This document shows, piece after piece, positions 8,430 to 16,507 of a stretch of 17,652 nt of DNA. Both the position numbers and the translations under genes were made by a program. The stretch comes from Candidatus Aenigmatarchaeota archaeon (lineage in GTDB: Archaea; Aenigmatarchaeota; Aenigmatarchaeia; QMZP01), in contig JAWCLA010000013.1 of assembly GCA_039091855.1 (NCBI GenBank), forward strand, positions 1-17,652, read 5' to 3'. Under the pieces are notes generated by a model. It had not been told where the DNA came from. It worked only from the letters and a program-made list of their open reading frames with translations, and did not search any database. Each line of letters opens with the position of its first letter. Position 1 is the first letter of the stretch.

Positions 8430-9521
8430 TTATTCTCGTGTTTCATTAATCTCTTTTTCAAGCTTTTTCATCTCCCTTTCCTTCTTTTCCTGAATCTCTT
8501 TTTCAAGCTTTTTCATCTCCCTTTCCTTCTTTTCCTGAATCTCTTTTTCAAGCTTTTTCATCTCGTACTCGCGTTTCTTTTCCAAGCGAGCTTGCCATTT
8601 GTCTAATAATGGTTTCATTGTTTGCCAGTTTATGACATCGTTCAAATATCTGCATTTGATCATGAACCTGTCTATCACAGCCTTGAAGTATCTTTCTTCA
8701 AGTATTTTCATAGCAGCGCATGAATCCATTATTTGATAAAAGAAATGTCCAACAACCTGATTTTTCGACGAATATTCTAGCAATTCCTCTAACTTCAAAT
8801 CCTTTATCTCCCTTTTAATTTCTGGGAATGGGTCTAGACTCATTGGCAAATAATAATAAAAAAGATACAGTGCAACGTTATCCCATGTGTCATTATTTTT
8901 TTCAACGTTTATTCTTCTGGAATTCAGTTCATTCAACAAGTTATGGCTTACAGTGAGGTATTTCGACTGTTCTGCCGACGTCGAATAATCCTTCATTCGC
9001 GAATGGTAAATCCTAAAAGAGTAATGCATTGATTCATGCAGTGGTGTATGCGTATTCTCATATGCCTTTTTAATAAAGCAAAATGGACCTGAATTAATCC
9101 CTCTTACACTTGTACCCATTTTTAAAATTCTGCAAAATTTATCCCATTTATCATCCGGCACAATGATAGTTACATCATAAAGTCGCAGTCCTCTTTCAGA
9201 TTCTAAATTGTTGAATTTTTTAATTTCAGCATTTTTAAGACAGTCTTTTATTTCAATTTTTTCTTCATCTGTTTCTGATAGACAAGTTGAAACATACTCA
9301 AAAAATGCATTTCTATTCTCATTTGCTAATTCCAAAAGAAGGTTTTGGTTCCTTTTAGCTGTTTTCAAGTCAGATAGAAGTCCTCTTACATTACTCATTA
9401 TAAGGGCCCGCTCCGCTTTAAAACTAAATCCACAAGAAGTGCAGTACTCATTTAATGTTTCGTTTAGCTTTCCACAACGTGGGCATTTCTTATACTTTAT
9501 TATTTTTATTTCTTCATCCAT
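8430..9521 (-). CDS. Zinc-ribbon + putative HExxH metallopeptidase + coiled-coil repeat protein
   Basis: N-terminal CPRC-x10-CTSC. PLHESMHYSF with a downstream NELNS as a candidate third ligand. C-terminal repeats of EKKEREMKKLEKEIQ. Confidence 0.7.
   Translation of the reverse strand: MDEEIKIIKYKKCPRCGKLNETLNEYCTSCGFSFKAERALIMSNVRGLLSDLKTAKRNQNLLLELANENRNAFFEYVSTCLSETDEEKIEIKDCLKNAEIKKFNNLESERGLRLYDVTIIVPDDKWDKFCRILKMGTSVRGINSGPFCFIKKAYENTHTPLHESMHYSFRIYHSRMKDYSTSAEQSKYLTVSHNLLNELNSRRINVEKNNDTWDNVALYLFYYYLPMSLDPFPEIKREIKDLKLEELLEYSSKNQVVGHFFYQIMDSCAAMKILEERYFKAVIDRFMIKCRYLNDVINWQTMKPLLDKWQARLEKKREYEMKKLEKEIQEKKEREMKKLEKEIQEKKEREMKKLEKEINETRE
8448..8564. repeat. Perfect 45-bp coding tandem repeat, 2.6 copies
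   Basis: The unit AATCTCTTTTTCAAGCTTTTTCATCTCCCTTTCCTTCTTTTCCTG occurs at 8448 and 8493, with a 27-bp partial copy at 8538. Confidence 0.95.
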
Positions 9522-9565
9522 TTATTATAATTATATAAATCTCTAATAAAAAATTGTTTTCTGAT

Positions 9566-10156
9566 TTACAATTCAAAAGATCTCTCATAATTGTATTCCG
9601 GCAGGTTGTCCTTCAGTTCTCGTGCGTGCCCGTCCCCTATTATGACCAAATCAGGCATGTATTTCTTTATTTTCTCAAGCATATGTACCTCTCGCTTCTT
9701 GTTCGAACTTTTCCATAGTTTCATCACGTCTTCCAACCCCTTGGTGTTATTCAGAATATCAAGAATGTTCTTGTATCTGTTTACCAGGAATTCGATATCC
9801 CTTATTAGCTCAGGTGACATATAGGGAGTGATTTTCATATTCCTTACTTCTGCCTCTTCGATTTCCACCTGCCTTCTTGTGATTTTCCCTTCGTAAACGG
9901 CTTTCGCCACCTCTATTGCATAATGGTAATCAACTGTAGCGGAATCTTCCAGCGGAATGACCTTGGTGCCTTTATCTTTGAGATAGGAAGTAATATCGCT
10001 GAAGAAGAAGATTGTATAACCAATATCCTCCTTTTCCATATAGTCTTCAGGTAGCTCAATGCCGGCTATGGAAGGGATATAGATATCTATTCTGCCCTTT
10101 ACCTTTTCCAACTCCTGTTCGCTCTTATGTCCAACCCCCAATAATATTTTATTCAT
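9566..10156 (-). CDS. Hypothetical protein, possible TraB/ChaN/EreA-like fold
   Basis: The motif order LLGVGH ... GIE ... RE.HM...I ... VIIGDGH matches that superfamily. ATG 10156 is preferred over TTG 10177 because the TATA box lies 22 nt upstream. Confidence 0.55.
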   Translation of the reverse strand: MNKILLGVGHKSEQELEKVKGRIDIYIPSIAGIELPEDYMEKEDIGYTIFFFSDITSYLKDKGTKVIPLEDSATVDYHYAIEVAKAVYEGKITRRQVEIEEAEVRNMKITPYMSPELIRDIEFLVNRYKNILDILNNTKGLEDVMKLWKSSNKKREVHMLEKIKKYMPDLVIIGDGHARELKDNLPEYNYERSFEL

Positions 10157-10178
10157 ATAACTATCTAAAAGTAACAAT

Positions 10179-10193
10179 TATATAAAGATTTCC
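10179..10193 (-). promoter_or_regulatory. Archaeal BRE/TATA promoter (leaderless transcript)
   Basis: The minus strand reads GGAAATC-TTTATATA, with 22 nt between the box and ATG 10156. Confidence 0.6.
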
Positions 10194-10337
10194 TTGGGAC
10201 TACCTTTATGAAAATAAATGTAAGACGGGTTTTATTAGAATGGTGTGAAAATATTAATGGTCAAATTCATCCCCAATTTTCACCTCGTATCTTTGGTTGC
10301 TGAACCAGGAAGGTTATTTCAGGCATAAAAGAGGCAC

Positions 10338-10847
10338 TCAAGCAAACACATAGAAAGTTGACTTTCCCGAGCCGCACTTTCTCAGTATCTTCATCCTTAC
10401 CATTTTGTTCAGGTCCTGTGTTGCAGTCCTTTTGGAAACCCTGTTTATCTGCCTGTATTCCGATGCTGTTATCTGCCCGTACCTGTAAACGTAATCTATT
10501 GCCTTTCTTTGTTTTTTGTCCGTTCCCCTTGGATATTCTGTGCTTCCGAAATCGTAGTCAATACCTTTTGAAGAGCCGGGGACAGCCCCAACCTTCCTTT
10601 TCATCATTCCCCTGTACATAGCCTCCAACACGTCATGTCCGCCGAACCCGGCGAAAAACGCCAGCAGATGGCTTTCAGGCTCTATTATTATTGCGGTTAT
10701 TATTCCTATTATAAGGGAGGTGGTTATGGTGAACAAAACCTTGTCCCTGCTGAAGCCGAAGCCAGTCTTTCTTTTTGATATACCTATCAGAACTCTCATC
10801 AGCCCGCCTGCAACCGCTGCAACGACAGTTTCCGTAAGCGTCAGCAT
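10338..10847 (-). CDS. Small 3-TM (holin-like) domain fused to a C-terminal winged HTH
   Basis: N-terminal AGGLMRVLIG ... AGFGGHDVLE membrane module. C-terminal ITASEYRQINRVSKRTATQDLNKMVRMKILRKCGSGKSTFY is a DeoR/HTH_11-like wHTH. Confidence 0.7.
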   Translation of the reverse strand: MLTLTETVVAAVAGGLMRVLIGISKRKTGFGFSRDKVLFTITTSLIIGIITAIIIEPESHLLAFFAGFGGHDVLEAMYRGMMKRKVGAVPGSSKGIDYDFGSTEYPRGTDKKQRKAIDYVYRYGQITASEYRQINRVSKRTATQDLNKMVRMKILRKCGSGKSTFYVFA

Positions 10848-10855
10848 GTTTTCCC

Positions 10856-11137
10856 CTAAATTGCTATTTCCCTTTTCCTCAAAATCTCGAAAAGGCTGTT
10901 CATCAGGTCAACACCAACATAGCCAACCAGCACCGCAGCAAACACAACCTTCCAGGAAACCATAAGGTAGAGAGAGCCCTCAAAATAGAAAAAAGCAAAG
11001 GCAGAAACTACACCAACAAACCCTGTGATTGCCAAAACCAGCGGTATGTTCTTGTTTTTTGGCTTACCGTGGGAAACAAAGCCCAACAACGACCTCAAGA
11101 GCCCCCCAACAAATCCCCAGAGAGCAACCTCAATCAT
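10856..11137 (-). CDS. Small 3-TM membrane protein, paralogue of the N-terminus of the next gene (holin-like)
   Basis: VGGLLRSLLG ... VGYVGVDLMN aligns by eye with AGGLMRVLIG ... AGFGGHDVLE. Basic C-terminal tail. Confidence 0.7.
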   Translation of the reverse strand: MIEVALWGFVGGLLRSLLGFVSHGKPKNKNIPLVLAITGFVGVVSAFAFFYFEGSLYLMVSWKVVFAAVLVGYVGVDLMNSLFEILRKREIAI

Positions 11138-11175
11138 GACATTATATTGTCAAAGGCTGAATAAAAAACAAACCC

Positions 11176-12924
11176 TCACACAACTGCCTCTGTCTGTTTC
11201 AGGTAGGCAGCGTAATCCCTCCTGAAAGTCATCACGTAGTCAACGAGCTGCCTTGTCTCTATTGGCAGGCGCTTCCTTATCTTGCTGTAATCACTTCCAT
11301 ACCTGTTTACGAGCCTTTTCAGGTTGCCGTAACCATAATTGTATGCAGCCAGGGCAATCCTCTCATCACCAAACTTGTCAATAAGGAATCTCAAATAGTT
11401 TGTCCCGCACCTGGAATTGACATCAGGGTCAAAAAGACTTTCCCTCGTTTTGTCCCAGCCATATCCCTCTGCTGTTGAGGGAAGAAGCTGCATCAAACCA
11501 ACCGCCCCCGATGGGCTCACAAGATTCGGGTTCCATCCGCTTTCCTTGTGGACAAGGGCAAAAACCATATCCCTTTGCAGGGAGTTTCTCATCGCATTTG
11601 CGGAAACTATCCTTCTTAAATTGTCAGTTCCCGGAACAGGTATCTCGGGCTTGACAAGGGAAACAGGGACGTATCCTGCATCAGTTTTTATGTCAGGCTC
11701 CTCCTGAACCATAGCATAAAACAACATTTCGCAGTAGCTTTTTTCATAACAGGGCTCCGTGTCTATCACATTCCCGTTGCTGTCATATGAAACAAATGCG
11801 AGAAGTTTGGTGTTGTATTCCAAAACCGCCGCTTCCTTCATAAGCTCCTCCGGAGAGTAGCTGAAAACAAAGACCAGAGTCAATGGGCTCATCACAACCC
11901 TCTCCCCATCATACACCGGGAAAGTCTGGTCATCCCTTGTGTTGGTTATATCAAACCTGACTTTGACATCAGGTATGAATTCCAGCTCAGACTTGACCCC
12001 TCCCTGAAACACCTCGTGGCTTTTCTCAGTCCATAGAAGGTTAATCTTCTGCACATCAACCGAGATGTCATAATCCACGCCTGTCTCTGAAAGCTTGTGT
12101 AGTCCTGTTTTTGCCTTTTCTATGAAGGTTTTGTTGATTTCAGAAAGCTTTCTTCCGAGCTCCTCTTCTGACGTTGCCGTTATCTGTTCAGGAGGGTTCG
12201 TTTCTTCAATAGCCCTGTCCACGACAGATCGCGCTGAACTGAAAGCTTCCAAACCCTTTGCATAAATACCGTAACAATCTATCGAATACTCTCCCTGCAA
12301 AAACCCGTATTTTTCCAGCCTTATCCTCTCGCCGCTTTCCTGCATTTTTTCAATCCAGAAGTTGCTGTTGTTCCAAGCCCCAACGGACAGCTGGTAGGGC
12401 TGATACATCACCACGTCCACTTCATAAGCAGGGATGTTAACAAGATAGTCAGTCATGAACCTGTAGGGGCTTTTCCTGTAAAGCTCGAGGTTGCTCTTTA
12501 TGGATTTTTTCAGCTCGCCTTCAATCTCTTCCTCTTCAGGATAAGTTCCTACGGAACTCCATATTGCATATCCATTGTATGTTGGCTTTCCCTTCAGGCT
12601 CTCCCAACCACCATTCCTTAGGGTGTCATAACAAGCCTGATAGGTGGAATAAGCCAGAGACGTTTCCATATACAGCTTTGCCGCTTCAAGGGCGTTGCCC
12701 ATTATGTGAATCTCAGAGCGGACTTCTATGTCTTTCTCTATCTGCCCCGTCTTCAGGTAGGGAATGTTTATGGCTGCAATTAAAATTGCTATTATAATTC
12801 CTGCTGTGATTGCAGGCAAAACGAGGCTCGTGCCTTTCAGCTTTACGGAAGTAAGGCGAGCGTCGCCAAAAGTCCTATCAATTTCACTCTTATTTCCGGG
12901 CTCTTTTTTCATGCTCAATCCCAT
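11176..12924 (-). CDS. Pilin-like (class III signal) protein with a C-terminal SLT lytic transglycosylase domain
   Basis: KLKG followed by the hydrophobic TSLVLPAITAGIIIAILIAAI. SLT motifs: ALVHKESGWNP (catalytic Glu), SPSGAVGLMQL, LFDP..N...GTNYL, ALAAYNYG and ETRQLV. Alternative start ATG 12912. Confidence 0.9.
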   Translation of the reverse strand: MGLSMKKEPGNKSEIDRTFGDARLTSVKLKGTSLVLPAITAGIIIAILIAAINIPYLKTGQIEKDIEVRSEIHIMGNALEAAKLYMETSLAYSTYQACYDTLRNGGWESLKGKPTYNGYAIWSSVGTYPEEEEIEGELKKSIKSNLELYRKSPYRFMTDYLVNIPAYEVDVVMYQPYQLSVGAWNNSNFWIEKMQESGERIRLEKYGFLQGEYSIDCYGIYAKGLEAFSSARSVVDRAIEETNPPEQITATSEEELGRKLSEINKTFIEKAKTGLHKLSETGVDYDISVDVQKINLLWTEKSHEVFQGGVKSELEFIPDVKVRFDITNTRDDQTFPVYDGERVVMSPLTLVFVFSYSPEELMKEAAVLEYNTKLLAFVSYDSNGNVIDTEPCYEKSYCEMLFYAMVQEEPDIKTDAGYVPVSLVKPEIPVPGTDNLRRIVSANAMRNSLQRDMVFALVHKESGWNPNLVSPSGAVGLMQLLPSTAEGYGWDKTRESLFDPDVNSRCGTNYLRFLIDKFGDERIALAAYNYGYGNLKRLVNRYGSDYSKIRKRLPIETRQLVDYVMTFRRDYAAYLKQTEAVV

Positions 12925-14006
12925 TGCTTGAACGTTATCTTTCCCCTCACGTTTCCTGATTTTGCCCCAGGAAGTGGGATGTCAGTCTCGTAGCTTCTTA
13001 CAGATTTCCCTTCTATAATTCCTGAAACGTATTTGCAGGCAGCAACCTCCTTATGTTCGCAACTGCCCGAAACTCCCGTAAGGTCTAAAAATAAACACGG
13101 ATTTATGGCAGTTTTGTCAGACGGGAATTTTTCTGTCCCGACCTCAAAATGCAGGTGATAGCCCGTCTGTCCAACAGTGAAACCCGTGTTGCCTGACTTT
13201 CCGATTATTCTCCCATTCTTTCCCGCGACAGGTATTTCATCACCCACCTTCACATTGATAGAACTAAGGTGGGCATAAAACGTGTAGTAATCATATTTTT
13301 CAGGCTTTCCTGCAGAAACCAATCCAGGTATTGGATGTCCTATCACCACAAGATTCCCATAACCACCATAAGAACCTGCAAAAACCACCTTCCCGGGCGC
13401 GGCTGCATACACATCCACTTCCTTTCCTGCTATGTCAATTCCACCATGGCAGTCACATTTCCTGTCTCCCAAATCCCTGCCGCCAAACCCCGATGTTATC
13501 TCTTTGGAGTCTGAGGGCCACTTAAGCTTGCCGTTATTCTCTATTTTCTTTTTCAGTTCTTCAGGAACCTCCTGAAATGAGGTTGGACAGTTTAAAATGA
13601 CTTTCCTTGTTTCATCTGTCAGAGTCTCGGGCACGTTCTTGCTGAACTTCACTGAGCTTCCTGCTGCTGTAAAAGTGAAGTCATAACCCCTGTAAGCCTC
13701 GTCCATAGTTTTCTGCAAGGGATTCAGGCGGCTGGACCTTTCCTCTGCTATCCCTTCAGCAACATACCTGCCCAAAAGCTCTATATGCTTCACATCTGTG
13801 GTTTTCGCGTTAAGCAGGCTGACAAGCTCTGTGCCTATGTCATCATTAACCATAAATATGTGAAGCGTTCCCTTGATGCTTATTACCTTATAAACAATGC
13901 CAAAATAGTTGGCTATGAAATCGCCCACCAAAACTATTGCCGCTATTATAATAACCATCAATAGTAGAAGCATAAAATCCACTGCCGACTTCCTTCTCCT
14001 ACTCAT
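12915..14006 (-). CDS. Pilin-like protein with an M23 family zinc endopeptidase domain
   Basis: Basic leader MSRRRKS followed by the hydrophobic AVDFMLLLLMVIIIAAIVLVG. M23 motifs: WP...ITSGFGGR, HGGID (HxxxD), GGYGNLVVIGH, YAHL, SGNTG, HLHFEV (HxH) and INP. Confidence 0.92.
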   Translation of the reverse strand: MSRRRKSAVDFMLLLLMVIIIAAIVLVGDFIANYFGIVYKVISIKGTLHIFMVNDDIGTELVSLLNAKTTDVKHIELLGRYVAEGIAEERSSRLNPLQKTMDEAYRGYDFTFTAAGSSVKFSKNVPETLTDETRKVILNCPTSFQEVPEELKKKIENNGKLKWPSDSKEITSGFGGRDLGDRKCDCHGGIDIAGKEVDVYAAAPGKVVFAGSYGGYGNLVVIGHPIPGLVSAGKPEKYDYYTFYAHLSSINVKVGDEIPVAGKNGRIIGKSGNTGFTVGQTGYHLHFEVGTEKFPSDKTAINPCLFLDLTGVSGSCEHKEVAACKYVSGIIEGKSVRSYETDIPLPGAKSGNVRGKITFKQWD

Positions 14007-14466
14007 ACACATTCACCTTAAGGCTTGCTAGATAGTTTCTTTCGCCATCCGTAATGGTAACGAAAATCCTGTGCTTGTATTTGCCTGACTCATCATAATT
14101 GAAGTCATAGTAATCTCCCTTTTTCGGGCCTCCCTTGACAAGCCCGCCTTCCAGATACTCCACCCTTGCCCCTGTTTTTGCATTACATTTGCATAAATCC
14201 GGCGAACATATTTGGCTGCCTTCTTTACTTTTAAGAAGGCTTGCCTGTATTGTCCCGTCCATTCCAGTAAGGCAGCTCTTTACTATGTGTGCAGCATCTA
14301 CTGCTTCTATCTGCTTCTCAACTATCCTCATGTCAGCCGCATAGTTCAGCATGTTTGCCTGCACGAACATAATAAGCGCGACAACCGCACCAACGAATAT
14401 CACTATGCCCAATGGGGTTGTCACATATTCGTAATCTCCTTTCAGCCTCTTTGAAAATTTCAGCAT
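13999..14466 (-). CDS. Pilin-like protein (class III signal peptide)
   Basis: MLKFSKRLKG followed by DYEYVTTPLGIVIFVGAVVALIMFV, then a small Cys-containing globular domain. ATG 14466 overlaps the upstream stop. Confidence 0.75.
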   Translation of the reverse strand: MLKFSKRLKGDYEYVTTPLGIVIFVGAVVALIMFVQANMLNYAADMRIVEKQIEAVDAAHIVKSCLTGMDGTIQASLLKSKEGSQICSPDLCKCNAKTGARVEYLEGGLVKGGPKKGDYYDFNYDESGKYKHRIFVTITDGERNYLASLKVNVYE

Positions 14467-15479
14467 AATTTGCACCCCTGAAGCGCGCAGGTGTTTTGAG
14501 CATAACAGCTGTTTCTGTATGAAAGAACACCATTAACATATCCTCTTGTCTGTTTTGGGAGGCATTCGCAATTCGTTATATCTTGCAATGTTGACTTGGC
14601 ACCAAGCCCGCATATCTTTATGCATTCGTGGCAGTTCTGCTTATTACCTTCACTGCATTTGTCTTTTTCAAGAAGCCATCCCGGACCTGTGTTGTAAGCA
14701 ACCAGTCCGAGCTCCACGCTGCCAAAAGCCTTTATTTGGTCCGAAAGGTATTTTGTTCCCAACATAACATTGGTCCTGGCATCAAAAACATTCTTGTCAG
14801 CCTGACCTGTATCAATCCCTTCCGCGGTGCTTGGCATAACCTGCATAAGCCCAACTGCACCTTTTGAAGATATTGTGTAAGGGTTTCCCTCCTTGCAGTC
14901 TTTGCAGTGGCAAGCCTTGCTCTCCTGCGTTATAACCGCTTTTATGAGGTTTGCGTCCACATTGTACTTCTCCGAAGCCTCTTTCACGTAACTCTTTATC
15001 TCTTCCATAGATGGCTGTCTTGTGCATATTTCGCCTGTTGGAATCCATTCCCACCCACCTGTTATCTCCCCCTTCAGAGAAATCTTCCCGTCCAAGCCCT
15101 TTATAACAGAAATCTTGTTGGCTGTTATAGGAGAAACAGGGTCTATCTTTACAAGGAGCGGCACTTCAAAGAAATTACCCTTCTCGTCATAAGTTACCTT
15201 CACGTACATCACGCCCTTCTTGTCATATATCTCAACCCTCATCGGCTGGGAACCCTTGGTAAGGCTGAAATCCTTCTCCACCCTTCCAGCATCCATAGTT
15301 GATAGGGTGTTCACAGAAATCGCAATCATATTTGCCATCACCCTTGCCTGCCCTTCCCTGCTCGATTCAAGTCCGGCAAGCAACCTTACCACAACGACGA
15401 GGGCAAGCATGCAGATAACAAGGGCTCCCATGAGGAAAATCATCCTTTCCTTGGCTTGAGCCTTTTTCACTTTGCGCAT
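14460..15479 (-). CDS. Pilin-like protein with a Cys-rich SLT lytic transglycosylase domain
   Basis: Class III signal MRKVKKA|QAKERMIFLMGALVICMLALVVVV. SLT motifs: YNVDANLIKAVITQES, SSKGAVGLMQVMPST, NVMLGTKYL, AYNTGPG and QTRGYV. Confidence 0.92.
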   Translation of the reverse strand: MRKVKKAQAKERMIFLMGALVICMLALVVVVRLLAGLESSREGQARVMANMIAISVNTLSTMDAGRVEKDFSLTKGSQPMRVEIYDKKGVMYVKVTYDEKGNFFEVPLLVKIDPVSPITANKISVIKGLDGKISLKGEITGGWEWIPTGEICTRQPSMEEIKSYVKEASEKYNVDANLIKAVITQESKACHCKDCKEGNPYTISSKGAVGLMQVMPSTAEGIDTGQADKNVFDARTNVMLGTKYLSDQIKAFGSVELGLVAYNTGPGWLLEKDKCSEGNKQNCHECIKICGLGAKSTLQDITNCECLPKQTRGYVNGVLSYRNSCYAQNTCALQGCKLC

Positions 15480-16186
15480 GGGTATTCAACTATACGATAA
15501 ACATATCCTGCCTTATTGTTTTCACTCACAGGAGAATCCACCTTCAGCGGCTTGTAGCAGTATTCAAAAGCCTTCTCGTTTTTTAGTATGTCCATCTTGA
15601 GTTGGGAAAGGTCGTTGGGATTGCAAATTCCTTTGGGTATGCAGTAGGGATAGTTGCTTCCAACAGTATTGTCAAATGGTACATCAAGCGTCTTGCATAT
15701 AGGCTTTATCCTCACTATGTATTGCCTTCCCTCTTCCCAAACTTGTTTAAAACTCAGGTATGGATGTTTTATCCATTCAGAAAACTTTGAGAAAAATCCC
15801 TTGTCCTTTCTTGCCTCCTCTGCCAGCGTCTTGTAGGGAATTACCAGTATGTAAGCCTTCACAGTATCAGAGTTCGCGCACCTGTCATTTATCACCTCGG
15901 AAAAGCCAAGCCCCTTGTCATCATCCTTGTTGAACATTATAATACCACCAACACAGTCGCCTGCTGTTATCTTCAAGACTTCCTGAGATTTCTCATCGTT
16001 TGAGTTTTTTGCTTTTGCAAGGCTTGATTTTATGGAATCTGCTGTTTTGTCAGCATCCGCCCAGCACTTTCCCTGGGTTATCTCGATGAACTTGTTCAGT
16101 GCCCAAGATATAACAACGGCAACAAGTATTATCCCAAAAGCAATGAAAATTATCACCACAAGCGCAGGTATCGCAGCCTTTCTCAT
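15467..16186 (-). CDS. Pilin-like protein (class III signal peptide) with a Cys-containing globular domain
   Basis: MRKA followed by AIPALVVIIFIAFGIILVAVVISW. ATG 16186 is preferred over GTG 16207 because it gives a canonical short leader. Confidence 0.75.
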   Translation of the reverse strand: MRKAAIPALVVIIFIAFGIILVAVVISWALNKFIEITQGKCWADADKTADSIKSSLAKAKNSNDEKSQEVLKITAGDCVGGIIMFNKDDDKGLGFSEVINDRCANSDTVKAYILVIPYKTLAEEARKDKGFFSKFSEWIKHPYLSFKQVWEEGRQYIVRIKPICKTLDVPFDNTVGSNYPYCIPKGICNPNDLSQLKMDILKNEKAFEYCYKPLKVDSPVSENNKAGYVYRIVEYPCAK

Positions 16187-16235
16187 AGTATAGTTATTGG
16201 CTTCCACGCTTAAATTGATGAGAAATGTGGCTTTA

Positions 16236-16385
16236 TCAGGGCTTTATGTTAATGTCCCATCCCATAAGCTTTCCGGTCAGGAACCATATTATTGCAATCA
16301 CAGCTATTGTGATTATAACTGCTATAATCAGCCAGAGCATAATAGAAGCCACGCCTTTCCTGAATTTTACCAAAAATCCGAGCAT
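16236..16385 (-). CDS. Very small pilin-like peptide (49 aa)
   Basis: MLGFLVKFRKG|VASIMLWLIIAVIITIAVIAIIWFL. ATG 16385 lies 2 nt after the upstream stop. Confidence 0.75.
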   Translation of the reverse strand: MLGFLVKFRKGVASIMLWLIIAVIITIAVIAIIWFLTGKLMGWDINIKP

Positions 16386-16387
16386 AA

Positions 16388-16507
16388 TTATCCCCAAATC
16401 CTGAATTTTGTCAGTGCGTACCACACAAGCACAGCAACAATAATAATTGTGGCAAAGAAGAATATAAGCCAGTGCGCAATTGCCTCGCTCTCTCCCTGCC
16501 CTTTCAT
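16388..16507 (-). CDS. Very small pilin-like peptide (39 aa)
   Basis: MKG|QGESEAIAHWLIFFFATIIIVAVLVW has KG-Q and a Glu at +5. ATG 16507 overlaps the upstream TGA (ATGA), so the 16633 start in the ORF track is unlikely. Confidence 0.75.
   Translation of the reverse strand: MKGQGESEAIAHWLIFFFATIIIVAVLVWYALTKFRIWG

Noticed and set aside
8421-8606. Repetitive hydrophobic plus-strand ORF
   Set aside because: It is the antisense reading of the 45-bp Lys/Glu repeat.
10338-15479. Prophage lysis cassette (holin + endolysins) or phage tail lysins
   Set aside because: No capsid, terminase, tail, portal or integrase genes are in the window. The hydrolases are fused to pilin-like anchors among archaeal-type genes.
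11176-15479. Ordinary bacterial pilus- or T4SS-associated transglycosylases that open the cell's own wall (VirB1-like)
   Set aside because: The context looks archaeal, and the leaders are archaeal class III type rather than bacterial G|FTLxE. This is disfavoured rather than excluded until taxonomy is confirmed.
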